Shown: piece by piece, positions 12,501-24,874 of the stretch | How the letters are laid out: every line of letters starts with the position of its first letter | How positions within the stretch are numbered: the first letter of the stretch is position 1 | Assembly (NCBI GenBank): GCA_964016885.1 | Contig: OZ024743.1 | Location: 151,900,001-151,964,000 of the forward strand | Direction: 5' to 3' | DNA: 64,000 bases | Origin: Eledone cirrhosa | Taxonomy: Eukaryota | Made by a program: the position numbers and the translations under genes | Notes under the pieces: generated by a model | What the model was told of the DNA's origin: nothing | Databases searched by the model: none | Seen by the model: the letters and a program-made list of their open reading frames with translations, nothing else

Positions 12501-12794
12501 ACAACAAACATCGACCTCCTTACGTTCAAGCATTTCTACAACCTCGTTAGCGCGACCCTTTAGGGTGCCTACATTTATGGTACCAACTCTGAAGTTTTGG
12601 ATTGCGTTTGGGGGTTGGGGGCGGTGGGGGGCGGGGGGAGATGGGGTTATGTTAGCCGTCCGCGGTCGAAACAATGAGGAGTGCTCGCATTCTCGTCCAA
12701 GAGGTGAATTTGTCTTTATCTTTGGCATTGTCGCTGAGCGTCCAGATTTTTCTCTCTCTCTCCTCCACTCTCCAGGATTCCGCAGTCCATCCAT
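9558..12794 (-). CDS. RTE LINE ORF: AP endonuclease + reverse transcriptase + PHD-like Zn finger
   Basis: GTINVGTL, QETRW, SAYAPQ, VDLEKAFD, QGSVLSP, YADD, RLRWYGHVMRM, GRPRKTW; endonuclease GDFN motif altered to GELN. Confidence 0.95.
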   Translation of the reverse strand: MDGLRNPGEWRREREKSGRSATMPKIKTNSPLGRECEHSSLFRPRTANITPSPPAPHRPQPPNAIQNFRVGTINVGTLKGRANEVVEMLERKEVDVCCIQETRWRGGSARFIEGKKRCYKLFWVGNDDGLGGVGIMVAEKWADKIIDVNRVNDRIIKIQLVLNRTTVTVISAYAPQSGLPGTIKDRFYETLMLTTSQISDSDYIIIAGELNGYVGQHCDGYDEIHGGYGFGTRNEEGSRILEFCDANNLTICNTNFKKRDNHLITYRSGEHTSQVDYILTRRRDRVSVVNTKSLPHEECTSQHRLIISDLIVRTRRTRQQKRTILRRKIWKLKDPTARNKFQSILLDAFDSKEEHLQSDNIEGEWEFLKANLLLATDEVCGWSRPVGRRRVTWWWNSKVEGSIKAKKQAWKVWRDGGSREDYQVARREARRQVYLARREAEERKFKHVLQRDDQKREVFRIARQCVKENRDIVGEKCVLNDDGTLAITDADKKVAWKCHYERLLNEENKWEKDSLPHIDPVEGPAVLVEGSIISKAIKDMKMGKAAGPSEIVAEMLKASGTVGHTMVTRIVNQVIQNGVVPKDWHSSIIVNCYKGKGDALDRSNYRGIKLIDQVMKVTEKVIAQLIRERIDLDEMQFGFVSGKSTTDALFIVRQLQEKYLAKGKPLYLAFVDLEKAFDRVPRSIIWWALRKLGVDEWLVRAIQAMYKETVSKVRINNEYSEELSVKVGVHQGSVLSPLLFIIALQAITEEFKTGCPWELLYADDLTLIAESMAELEKKFQTWKHGLESKGLKINLAKTKVLVCRKENKAAVPSGKWSCSVCRKGVGRNSILCPKCKVWVHKRCSGITGKLTKNIDFTCGRCSGAISSSKCPQNTSSFNCAEGSIEIVDSFRYLGDKISSGGGCSESTVARVRTGWKKFRELIPLLAAKGFSLKMKGRLYDACIRTAMLHGSETWALCAEDIRRLERNEACMLRWMCNSNIRERQSINELRKKLEIRGIRCCLLERRLRWYGHVMRMKVDSCITKCRAIKIDGSHGIGRPRKTWDELINSDITHLHLSKTMSLDRDLWRYSVTEKTRLT

Positions 12795-12835
12795 CCATCA
12801 TATATCGAAAGGCAACCAGGCAAGCGATAGTATAG

Positions 12836-12932
12836 GCCTCTGGCTTCTGATTGGTCCGCGTAATAATACTGGTGATGCGTGGGGGCTCTGGTTTATGATT
12901 GGTCCACGTAATAGCAATGGTGGTGCGTGGGG
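12836..12932 (-). promoter_or_regulatory. Two 48-bp tandem units with CCAAT boxes upstream of the RTE ORF (candidate internal promoter)
   Basis: Element-sense TTACGCGGACCAATCAG and TTACGTGGACCAATCAT, 48 bp apart. Confidence 0.4.
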
Positions 12933-14129
12933 GTGGGAGAGAGGGGTGTTGGGTAGCTAGATAGAAGGTAATGATTGAATGGGGTCCTTGCATTTAACAA
13001 GCGATTAACAAAAATACAAAATTTGTTCTGTTCAATACGACCAAAAACTTTCGTATTTAACAATTAATAAATACAAAAAATGTAGTTTGTTTTAGCGATA
13101 GATTGGCTATTTGGACTTGATACGAAATATGGATTGTTTTGAAAATACGCTAGAATTAGGATTAAAATACGCTAGAATTAGGATTTGTGGAGGTAGAGAG
13201 ATGAAGGAAAATCTGTACATTACGTTACATGAATATCGTGGGGTAGACAGCAAGCAATGAAATTTGGCGAAGTGAATTCCTATCATATATATATAGAGAG
13301 AGAGAGGGGGGGGGCGCATGATGGTTGTGTGTGTTAGGCGTTTGACCGCCCATGCCTTCGAAGAAGGAAGAAGGAAAGGATTTTGTTTTTTTTGTTTTGA
13401 AGATACGCTAGATATATATATATATATGAATATGTGTGTATTCAGCAGTAATACCAAACAAGATTCAGTTCATTACATAATCAATACTGTTTTCTTTACG
13501 TTTGTAAGTAAATTGGAATTTGTCATTATATTAAGACTGAAAAATAGAGTTGCAAGCTAATGGGTACAGTTTCAGTATGGAAATGATAAGATACAACAGA
13601 ATAAAGGAAACTGCTATAGAAAGTACCACACATAGCCATAATAACCTCAATAAAAAAGACATGAAAAAATAATTACTAAGAGAAAAATATAGTAGATTAA
13701 TATAAGAAGGAAATATTAAAGTGTTATAGAAAAATGTATAAATGATATGTAAAGTAAAATAAATTGTATAAGGTATGTATACTCAAAGGAAGTCAAATAA
13801 ACAAGTCTATGAAAAAATCGAATGACAACATCACCGACAACATCAGCAACAACAGAAACATGATTAATAAAAGATCAACAGTAAATAGTAGAATACAACT
13901 TTGAAGTGTAAGTAAAAAAAAAAACCTTAATTTGTGTGAGGGGAAAAACAGACTGGTAGAGTATATGACAACAATAGTATCATTATATAGACAGAATTCT
14001 GGCACCATCTCAAATTTCATGAAATGTACAAGCAGGTGGAATACAAAGTTCAGGAAAGAAAAATAAAAGTTTGCATTTTTTCCTGTTATGATGTCAAACC
14101 TCACATAAGCAGTATTACTGAAACTATGC

Positions 14130-14460
14130 CTAAAGAGTTTTGTAAGTTAGTTCAGACAGAATGTAATGAGCAAAAAAAGTGGATGGGGATTAAAAGCCTC
14201 AATGTTTATATGAAGAGGCAGCTACAGAAATGTGGACATGTCTTGCACAAAGATGACACCTGCTGACAGCAAACGCTATCTGTAATTGAGAAAGGGCACA
14301 GAGAAAGGGTTGAGGTTAAATTTCAAGATCTTGAACCTCTGAAGATCCAATAAATGCTATAATAAACAACTGGTTGATATAAGAAGACATCACAAAGACA
14401 AGACTATAAATAATTGTTGAGAAAATCAGGTAAACTACCCCAGGAGATGAAAAAAACAAA
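14130..14460 (+). mobile_element. Highly decayed RTE 3' remnant
   Basis: MKRQLQKCGHVLHKDDTC resembles RRLRWYGHVMRMKDDSC. Confidence 0.45.
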
Positions 14461-17400
14461 CAAAGAAACAGAAGTAGCTGTGAGAAAACAAACCCTGCAT
14501 CTATCTGATGCCAGGTAGGTGTCTCTATTAATTGTTTCTGTTCCCAGGGGTACTTTGCCTGATTTTCACAACTATTATTTATAGTAATTTATAATTATTA
14601 GAGGCCTTTGCATTGGGTTGGATAAATTTCAAATACTATATTATAATTTGTTACTCTATTAAGCAGCATAGTATAGGCATACACATACGGTTTCCATGTA
14701 ATAGTAGAATTAATAGAAGTAAAAATTGTTAAAAATGAATATGAAAATATTAGGCAGTGAATTAGCAGAGTTGTTAACACATCACATTAAATGCCTTTGA
14801 ATTTGCTCTGAGTTCAGATCTTACTGAGGTGAATTCTTTCTTTTCAGCTTGGAGTGTTGATAAAATAAAGTACAAATCTAGCTAGATTGGTGGAATTGTA
14901 AGAACATCAGATAAGATACCTTTTAGTATTTGGAGTGGCTCTTTACCTTCTGAGTATAAATCATACTGTGACCTATTTGGGTAGGAGAGTTAATGTATCT
15001 CCTGGTTTAACACCACCACTTAGTTCATGACTGGTTTTAACTGAGACCATTATCTTTTGTGCATGTGATCCAGGTTTCTAGCTTAAAGAAAGCTTCCCTT
15101 CTCTCTCTCTTATCATTGTCAGAGGCCATGAAAAAGCCAATGAGTACTGCCTTTCTCTTCCTGACTATACAGATAAACAGTAAAAGTAAAATTGAGAGAA
15201 ATAGAACATAAAATGTTAATTATAATCAGCCACGTGTTGAATAATCAAATAAACTGTATGTTCATGCTTAGAACAGTACTAAGAATGAGGCTGATCTTAA
15301 AGTAGCTGGTTCTTATTTTTTAAGGACTAGAATCTGTCTTAAACAATGGATTTTGTCACTATTGATGCATCAAGAGCCTATTTGGTAAATATCTTGCAGG
15401 TTAGGGTAACAGTGGATGCTCATTATTTTGTGGAGTAATGCACACAATTGTTTAAAGACTTGTTTAAAGAGTCATGCTTCCTTGTTACTGAACCAAACCG
15501 TAATAGAGTTTTTAACAACCGACTGAACCATATATTGGTAAATATTCGTAAACATATTACTGTTTAATCTGAGTTTTTTTAACTTCCCGCAATTGTAAAT
15601 ATATTTTGGGGTGCTTTTATCCTCTAGAATGTGTGAATTATCAGAAATTGAATTGTTGCCTGATATTTACTCACTATTATACGAAACTATTATATTTTCT
15701 TTGCTTTTTCATATAATAATCATCCTCTTTGGGTTTTTTATGCTTAAGTACAAATTGTTATTGTCAAACCAAGTGTTCCCTATGAATTTTGCTTCTATAA
15801 TGGAACTCCTTTTTACTGATATCAGGCCAACAATTGGTGTCTTATTTAACATTTCGTTATCATCATCACTGGAAACATAGATGGCAGTGACTTCATACAC
15901 AAAAAGAGAATATCATAGCAAACTCAAAATATAGCCTTGTAGCAATCCTATATGCAATTGTAGAGAGGATATGTAGCTATCTATGCACTTACAAAATTAC
16001 ACGGGATAGCGTGTCAGCATAGAAAAAGGATGGTTATGGTGATAATGTTGAGTAAAAATTAAATAAAAAAACATTCTCCATAGCAGAAATTGTATGAACA
16101 TGCCATCAAACATGTTTGATGTATATAGTATGTTTTTCTAATTTTGAATCTCAATATGAAACAGTAACTTCTTTATTGGTCTAACCATTCACTCTAAAGA
16201 TATTTACCAGTTATAATTTACAAAGAAATATTTTAATGTAATTTTGTATTCCTTTAGTAATCTTTCCCCAGTGTATAAAAATATAAAATATATATAAAAA
16301 AAATAAGGAAACAAAACAAAAGTTTCAGAATCCTATACAAAATTCATGGAAAGCATAGAGAATTACAGCAGTAAGCAGATGAATTGATTTATAAGGAATT
16401 CAATTCCAGAACTGATAAGATATTTTCAATCATAATTTACATGAATTTCTTTTATATTAACTCAACATTTGATTTTGTATTATGAAGAAAATACCTTGTA
16501 GCTGTAACAGCTATAAACTATTGAAGTGAGAAAAGCAGGCATGAGATGTTTTACAAAAGAAGAATTTTATACAGGTTAGAATCACACATTATAGATTAGA
16601 AGGAATTAAAATTTTCCATCTATTAGGAATAACTTCCCCAGTGATCAATCTATAAACATCATAGTAGAATAGAAAAGTGATCCAGAACAAAGATGAACAA
16701 TTCCCCAATACCAAAATGACATTATTTCATAAGTAAGTTCTTTAATCTTTTATTGGTTTTAGTCATCTAAGTGTAGCCATACTGAGGCATCACATTTATG
16801 GGTGTTTCTAGCTTATTACGTATTTTAGTTTGGTACAAACTAATCTCTTTGTAGATATGTGAATTTATGGGATAATATGAACAATACTACTTTTATACTG
16901 ACACAGATGCACATTTATGCAATAAGCTTCCACACAATTTCAATGTACTAAATTCCACTGACAGGGTATTGATACTAAACTGTGAGATTTCATCCTTCAT
17001 GTTTGAGGCATTAAGCTGGTAGTAAACATTTTGCTTGCTGGTTCTTCTACATATTGGATGTTTGAGCAAAATATTTAAGGCTGCCTGCTTGGACAAGAAA
17101 GTATATAGAATTTCATGAGGTTAACCAAGATGAGACTATAATTCTGTCCAATGAGTAATGCGTTCATATTTCCATCTTTATTCTTACTTTGTAAACAAGA
17201 TTTCTAAACTAAGATGAAATGAAAAATATGATCTAAATACCAATGAAATGAGAAAACACTCTTAACTTTACCGAAAAAGTATAAAAATTCTTTGATATTA
17301 AAATACATCAGGAATTGCTTGATAGATTATAGAAATATGAGATTAAGATGTATTAGATGTTAGAGTAATAGAACACCAAAATAGTATGTACATGTAAGAA

Positions 17401-18547
17401 GAATAGATGATGAAATTTGTAAATGTATGTCATGCAGTAGCAATAGACCTTAACAATATGAAAATATGTTAAGATAGATCAAGTGAAGAATAGTTATCAG
17501 ATAGTTGACATAAAAATATAAAAAGGTAAGCCAAGAAGATTTTAATAATAGATAATAAAGCAACATAGAGAATAATTATTAACAGATCTATTTGAGGATT
17601 GTGATATCATTCTCTGGATTTTATTGTTAGAGTAAAAGTTCTCAAAAGAACTATTTCAAGAATTTGAACTAATTTTGTCTACCTATTTATAGCAGATGAT
17701 ATAAATAATGATGAATTAGGCTTCTTTTTATTTGTGTGTGTGCGTGTGTGTGTGTGCATGCACACACATGTGTGTCAAAAGTTAACAAGGAAAAACAAGA
17801 GGCAGGAGGTACAGTACAATTATGATACAGTTTGTCCTTCACCAGAAGATAAAATGAAAGTAGAAGAAGAGGATGAGAGGAAAAAAATATTTTTTTATCG
17901 GAGGAAAGCACATGAGTGATTAGTCAATCATTTGACATACATATACACACATACTTAAAGAAATTATATTGGTCTCACAGATTTTAGCTTTAAAAGAAGC
18001 GTTAGTTAAAACATACTGTTTCTCGTCTAGAGATGAAATTAACACAATCAACTAGTCTCTGTATCACATTAGATCTGGGTGGAAAATGGAGAGTGATGTT
18101 GAAAATATCACTGTTGTCTGGAGCAAAATAGACACTGCATACTCTGACACCAATTTAGCATAAAAATGCACATTATGATTATTGAAAATATTTTACATCC
18201 TATCCCCCAAATCATGGTCATTGAACAGAAGCCATGTTATTTTAAATCATTACAAATGCAGGGCAAAATTTCTGTTAAAAAATTTCAAACAGAGGTAGTG
18301 CTTCAATATGTAGAGTTCTCTCGACCATTTGAGCATTGTATGAGGGACAATGAACATCTATTATATCTTTTAGACTGCCACCAATGCTAATAAAGGCCAG
18401 TAATATTCAGTAACTGAATCCTATTAAAAAATGTGAGCCAGGGAATAATGATATATAATTTTATCCACCATATTTCTTTTCATAGTTCCCTTGAAACTCT
18501 GAGTATCAATAAAGTGAAACATCAGTTGTGTATATATAAGCCAGAAC

Positions 18548-18663
18548 CAGTTCCTGTATGAGCAAGACAAGGTCAGTTGACCGGACACTGCCCACTACAG
18601 GACAACCCGTCTAACCCATGCTAGCGTGGAAGAACAGATGTAAAACGGTGATGATCATGATGA
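18548..18663 (+). mobile_element. 3'-terminal fragment of RTE subfamily B
   Basis: Matches 51874-51995 including the tail. Confidence 0.85.
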
Positions 18664-18689
18664 TATATATATACACCAAAAATATATAT

Positions 18690-19352
18690 TGAGTTAAAAA
18701 CTCACAATTGTCCCTTATAATCAAATAAGCTCAAAGAAAAGAATTTTTCCGGGCATTATAACACAGTAAAGAGAGACAAACATAGATATATCTGTATATG
18801 TGTTCAAATCACAAGGGACACAAACCGCCAGGGTGAATAAAATACTGAATAAAAATAGTACGGTTCACAGAACACAATTAAAAGGATATATCAAGATACA
18901 CAAATAACTATGACAACTAACAAGTATCCAGACAGTTTTCAGGTAGAACTGTTTTGCAATTCAGTGAAGAGATTAACTTGTCCGATGCTTTTCAATGGAT
19001 ACTCACGACCAGTAAACCCCTCACTACTAAATTTCTTAGAAGACTAAATAACGCACATGTGTTAAGAGAAAAAACACATGGTTATCACGTGCCTGGTATA
19101 CTGATTGTGCAGTATCCATTGAAAAGCATCGGACCACTTAATCTCTTCACTGAATTGCGAAACAGTTCTACCCGAAAGCTGTCTGGATACTTGATAGTTG
19201 TCATAGTAGGTTTGTATATCTCGATATATCCTTTTAATCTGTCAACAGTACTATTTTTAGTCAGTATTTTCTTCACCCTGGCGGTTTCTGTCCCTTGTGA
19301 TTTGAATGCATATAGTTATATATCTGTGTTTCTCTCTCTTTACTGTGTTATA
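18690..19352. mobile_element. Fold-back element with about 245-bp inverted arms and a degenerate hammerhead
   Basis: Arms 18757-19003 and 19111-19352; ggta-ta-CTGATTG-tgcagt...attgc-GAAAC-agttc-tacc at 19095-19172. Confidence 0.7.
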
Positions 19353-20154
19353 TATATATATATTAATGATACAAGCAAATTTGTGAAGGGAAAGTATGGA
19401 CGTATGATTAGAATGGATGATGACTAAGTGGAAATGTTCAGTGTGCTATAACTGGAAGATACATATAGGAATGAAAAATTAAGGAAGATATGGGAAGGAT
19501 GTTAATAAGATTAGATCTCATGATGTTAAACCTGACAGAAAAGCTGTTCAAAGACTAGGGTAAATACTGTGCCACTATAAGGCTACATGAAAAAAAAAAG
19601 GATGCTATGATATTGATGATGATAATGATGATGATATGCTGCTTCACAACAAATTAACTCATGCCAGCTTTGCAAAATATGCTAAAACAGCATAATGATT
19701 ATGTTATGTTACATTAGTGTGAATCATGTTTACAAGCAGAACAGTTAAAAGAGAATACCTTATCAGCATTAAATAACAAATGAAGAAAAATCTCAAGCAT
19801 AAATGAACAACCTGCTGGTTTCTGTTATGTTATATCGTTTCTTTTGATGGGAGGGATACTTCACTTTTTATTTGTTTGTTTGTTTTTTGTTGTTCTTTTG
19901 CTATCAAGTTGCAGATCAAATAGCTGATTTTGATTAAAGATAGGCAAATTCAAAGTGAACAACTGAAAAATACTTCTATCTTAACATACATTATTGACAG
20001 ATTATAGAACATTTTGTTAACTCTATCATACTCTATTATAAATAACCTAGAAAATAGATGGTGTTTGTGAAGGAGACTGTTAAAAGTGAGAAAATAACCA
20101 CCTGTCATACTTATTATCATCATGCTTTCAACAGTTTAATATGAGTATACAGTA

Positions 20155-20480
20155 GGCCCCCATTGGTTACAAATGGCCATAGTTTTGCACCTAGAAAGAT
20201 CCCCTCTGAGGCTCAGGCTTGGGAAAAGTGTGTTTGTGGAAGACAAGCAGTGACGCATGTATATCAGTCTCCCCTCTATGCCACCGATGTTGTCCAAGGG
20301 AAAGGCAATGGCTAATACAGCTTGGCATCAGTGACATCACAACTCATTTCTATAGCTGAGTAAACTGGAGCAACGTGAAATAAAGTGTTTTGCTCAAGAA
20401 CACAATGCACCACTTGGTCCAGGATTCGAACTCACAACCTTATGATTGTGAGTTCAATGCTCTAACCACTAAGCTATATG
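20155..20480 (-). mobile_element. tRNA-derived CORE-like SINE with a third type of 3' region
   Basis: Same head and body as 6790-6935, different downstream sequence. Confidence 0.7.
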
Positions 20481-20684
20481 AGTATATAGTGCACCAATAG
20501 ATACACATTTATGTTTCTGAGGTTCAAGCAGTATTGTATTTTGTGATTAAATTAGTGATTCAATTCTGGTGATATTTTAGTGTTTTCTAATTCTACGTAT
20601 CATCGGTTATATATATATCCTTTAGTGTTGGACTGAGATTGTGTAAAACAGGTGCTTTGAGGGTTGTACTATATTTATAAGTTG

Positions 20685-21785
20685 CCAGTCGAAAAGAGGT
20701 ATTTACAGTTCTAGGACAGCATTCTTCACCCTATGAGATGTCATCTGGTGTACCACAAGGATCTGTTCTTGGTCCCCTTTTGTTTGTTGCATACATTAAT
20801 GCTATAGATGCCAAATTAAAGAATGCCAAAATGCTGCAATATGAAAATGACATCAAGCTGTACCTTGAGATAAAAAGAACAGATACTGAACACTATAGAT
20901 TTTTCCTGCAATCAGACCTTGGACACAATGCAGCAATGGATCACAGACTGGCAACTCAAACTGTCTGTGGACAAGTGTACCACTATACATTTGGAGAGGA
21001 AAAACCCAGCATCCACATACTCCCTCCACAACACTAATCTTAAGAAGTCTTCTTGTGAATGTGACCTGGGCATTATTGTCAGCAGCAATTTGTTTTGGAC
21101 AAAGCACGTCTCTAAAATTGTCAAGAAGGCCAAGGGTGTCTTAGCATCACTCAGTAAGACCTTTGTCACCCACTCTCCAGCTATTTATTTAAAGCTGCAT
21201 ATAGCTATAACGCAGGCACACTTAGAATTTGCATCACCAGTCTGGAACCCCTATCTTGTTCAGAATATTGACCTCCTGGAAACTGTTCAGAGACATGCAG
21301 CCAAGTGAATACCCTCCATCAGACATCTGCCATACACTGAATGCCTTGTTTCCTTGGGCATGGATATATTGAAGATCCAATGTCTGGCAACTGACTTGGT
21401 AAACACCCACAAAATTATTAACCATCTTGCCAACAAAAACCATGACACCTTTTTTCTAATTCCATGTGTCTAACGCCCATGGGCATGCCTACAAAGTCAG
21501 AAAACAGCACAGCTCCCATGACTTTCGGAAGCATTTTTTGACGCTCAGATTTGCTGAAGCATGGAACAAACTACCTGCATCAGTTGTTAGCTGTCGGGAC
21601 ACTGCATCTTTCAGAACCTCCATGCTTCCCAAAATTCGCCAACACTACACCTGATATTCTGTGTGTATATCATGACTCATACACTGTTCACTTTCCTGAT
21701 ATTTGTACATTATTCCATGTACTATACATGCACCTTTGATGAGTTGTAGTGCACCTGAGCACTGTACACACTAGTTTCATTATTA
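20685..21785 (+). mobile_element. 5'-truncated, frameshifted CR1-type LINE
   Basis: SGVPQGSVLGPLLF, YENDIK (decayed ADD motif), WQLKLSVDKC, DLGIIVS, LEFASPVWNPY, LETVQR, HGHAYKV, WNKLPASVV. Confidence 0.9.
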
Positions 21786-22366
21786 TAGAATATGAGTTTG
21801 ATGTTTTAGCATCAGTTATTAATTATGTAAGGGAATGTATTGTGTTATATTATTATATGTTGAATGTGTTGTGTTATATTGTTTGATGGAGAAAACATTG
21901 TGTACAAGTCACTCTAACTGGTGATTATTGAATGACTCATTACATACCATGTTTGGTACATGTTTATATCACTTAATTGTATCTATGAATATACCCAAAC
22001 TTGGCAAGGACTAGACAGCTGGAAATGTAATGTCACTGTACTGGTTATATAGTTTGTACATGATATCAGCATCTTTTTTCATGATTAAGTATTGATGCCA
22101 TTCAGATGAGGTTAAACTTGCAGTTTTTGCTTTTAATCCAGTTTCTGATCTTCATATCTTTCACACTGGTTACTTTCTTACTGTCATGTCTAATGATATA
22201 ATGGTCATAGAGTGCTTTTTCTGTTCGCTTTTTCTTCCATGCATTTTATTTAAAAACATTTTTCTGTTGTTCATTTCTTTATCTAAATATTTTTCTTTTG
22301 TGTGGTTTGTTTCTAGGATTATATTTATTATGTCCAGATAGCAAGGAAAGCAGAGGTTAAACAATG

Positions 22367-22411
<45 letters not shown>

Positions 22412-22819
22412 TCTAAAGGTTGTATTTTATCTATGGGTGTTAATAAAACTGTCAAACATAACTAAAAGAAATTCAATACAGGTGAGCAGAATATGTAATA
22501 TATTTTCTGAAGAAAAACGTGGCAGTAGCTCGATATTTTGATATTAACACAGTTAGTCTGAAAAGTGAATGCCAAATCTTTGAAGGCACAACTTTCTTTG
22601 GTCTGTTTGCATTCCATCCTCATTGCTGAGGGTCAGATACCATAGACAATTGCACCAATGATCCTATATAGGATGCTGTATGTCCATGATCCTCACTGGA
22701 ACAAATATGATGTTGGTGGGTCCCAAAACTCTGTCTGACCATTATTCAGAAGCTAGCAAGCAAGCAAGCTGCAGCTCACAAGCCTTCATCACAAGACTAA
22801 AGCAATTGGTCACAAGCTG

Positions 22820-23085
22820 ACTAAGGAGATCCATCTATTGTGGCTTTGAATTCAGAGTGATATAACTCCTAGACAGACTGCCAACCAAAGCTAATGAGCT
22901 CTGTTGAATTGTTATATTTTTTCAACAGTTGGATAGCTGTTGACTCTCTTAATTTATCTGGTCTTTGACAGGTTTTGTTTTTTTATCCAAAATCACCCTC
23001 CTCCCCAAGCAAAATTGGTGGGGTTGTTGGTTTAGTCACCAACGTCCAGAGAATGTGACAGACTGTACTGGATTACATAAAGCCA
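22820..23085 (-). mobile_element. Decayed repeat related to 45800-46062
   Basis: Shared tttgacaggttttgttttt...ctcctc.ccaag...ggggttg..gtttagtc.ccaacg...tgtactgg. Confidence 0.55.
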
Positions 23086-23132
23086 ATAGCAATTGCGAGT
23101 GACCTGAAACACATACACACACATATATATAT

Positions 23133-23169
<37 letters not shown>

Positions 23170-23170
<1 letters not shown>

Positions 23171-23489
23171 CATCATCATCATCATCATCATCATCATTTT
23201 ACGTCCGCTTTTCCTTGCTTGCAAGGGTGGGATGGGAACTGATTCTGGCTTGATTTCTACAGCTGGATGCCCTTCCTAACACCAACCTCGTTTACAGTGA
23301 GTGCTGGGTGCTTTTTTGCTGTGGCACCTCCACGACCACTTTGCATTTCTACAGGTGAGTAAACTGGAACAATGTGAAAAAAAGTATCTTGCTCAAGGAA
23401 ATAACACATCACCCGGTCTGAGAATTGAACTCACCTCACAACCTTTCGATTGCAGGGCCAAAGCTCTAACCACTAAGCCATGTGCCTCC
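23170..23489 (-). mobile_element. tRNA-derived CORE-like SINE with RTE-derived 3' end
   Basis: Copy of 6577-6935 lacking the internal hairpin. Confidence 0.85.
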
Positions 23490-23569
23490 ATCATATATAT
23501 ATATATATATATATCATCATCATCATCATCATCACCGTTTTACATCCGTTCTTCCATGCTAGCATGGGT

Positions 23570-23596
<27 letters not shown>

Positions 23597-23600
<4 letters not shown>

Positions 23601-23862
23601 GTGGAACACTGGAAGGTAATATCCGTAGTGGTAAAGCACTCAGTCCAAGGGGCGAGTTAGGTATAAGTGGTTACACAACAGTTATCTCCCTTACACCCCC
23701 CGCAGTCTAGTATTGCCTGTGTGAAGTGACCGAGTTTCTGCGCATGCGCGTTCGTACAGTTATCCTTCCTGTTCCTATAACCATATACATCCCGAGCTGA
23801 AGATTCGCGAAGGTGAAACAATTGTTCTCGGTATGGTGAACTAACTGTTGTGTAACCACTTC
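23597..23862 (+). mobile_element. Fold-back element with hammerhead, flanked by (TA)n
   Basis: Perfect 20-bp inverted arms 23664-23683 and 23842-23861; left arm extends about 65 bp. Confidence 0.75.
23792..23831 (+). ncRNA. Minimal type-I hammerhead ribozyme motif
   Basis: ccgag-CTGAAGA-ttcgcgaaggt-GAAAC-aatt-GTT-ctcgg: 5-bp stem I, palindromic stem III, weak stem II. Confidence 0.7.
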
Positions 23863-23904
<42 letters not shown>

Positions 23905-23911
<7 letters not shown>

Positions 23912-24301
23912 AAGTTAAATAAAAAGTCAAATGTTTAAAATTTAGCTTCGTTTATTGCTGCTATATATATTTCAGTGACAGCCATCATATGATTCCAGTT
24001 CCCCAGTGAATTAACAACCCAACAAGGAACTGGGCATATCAGAGTATTGACAATATTATACACCTAAACAACATATGTACTTGTCTATACCATACTAATT
24101 CAAACTGCCCGAAGAGGTCACAGCCAAAGATGGCTGTCACTGAAATATATATAGCAGCAATAAACGAAGCTAAATTTTAAACATTTGACTTTTTATTTAA
24201 CTTTATTTTACATTACTCCGGAGTAACCAAACCAACCTGCGCACTTCGTCGAGTGCTCCAGCCTGCATACTGAGGTGTTGGTATACAACCAACATATACT
24301 C

Positions 24302-24305
<4 letters not shown>
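23905..24305. mobile_element. Fold-back element with hammerhead; related fragment at 61384-61433
   Basis: About 82-bp near-perfect inverted arms 23905-23986 and 24129-24210; right arm extends about 95 bp. Confidence 0.8.
24105..24157 (+). ncRNA. Type-I hammerhead motif with U4-to-C core change
   Basis: ctgc-CCGAAGA-ggtcacagcca/aaga/tggctgtcact-GAAA-tatata-TA-gcag. Confidence 0.65.
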
Positions 24306-24393
<88 letters not shown>

Positions 24394-24396
<3 letters not shown>

Positions 24397-24843
24397 CGTT
24401 TCTGAATTTGTTTAGCAAGATTCTTTATCTGAAATCGTGTGTTGCAACCGATATTGTTATACTTTGGGAGGGTCATGTTGCCAATAAGAAACACACGCAC
24501 CAGTTGCTTTCACTTCAATTTATTATATATTTATAAATTTATAAATTTATAAATCTACAAATTTATAAATTTCTGGACAGAAGAAAGGAAAGGCACAGAA
24601 GAAAGGAAAGGCACAGAAACAAAGAAAGGAATCCCCAGTCACTGAAGAGGTCACAGAGTGTGTGACGAAAGGACTATGACTATATATAAACAACTATCTG
24701 GTTGTGGAACCAACCAACCAGAAATTTATAAGTTTGTAGATTTTTCAATTTATAAATTTATAAATATATAATAAATTGAAGTGAAAGCAACTGGTGCGTG
24801 TGTTTCTTATTGGCAACATGACCCTCCCAAAGTATAACAATAT
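24394..24843 (+). mobile_element. Fold-back element with hammerhead (second copy at 53960-54319)
   Basis: Inverted arms about 24450-24576 and 24718-24843; left arm has about 55-bp extension; (TA)n on both sides. Confidence 0.8.
24637..24681 (+). ncRNA. Minimal type-I hammerhead ribozyme motif
   Basis: agtca-CTGAAGA-g-gtcaca/gagtg/tgtgac-GAAA-gga-CTA-tgact. Confidence 0.75.
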
Positions 24844-24874
24844 ATATATATATATACATAAATAAATAAATATA

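Larger units (their letters stand above)
9163..13400 (-). mobile_element. Full-length RTE-clade LINE, subfamily A (5' boundary uncertain)
   Basis: Single APE+RT ORF, about 390-bp 3'UTR ending in (GAT)n, GC-richer upstream region. Confidence 0.9.

Noticed and set aside
15611-15900. Possible host exon
   Set aside because: Short ORFs with no recognisable domain or convincing splice signals; small host exons elsewhere cannot be excluded without transcript data
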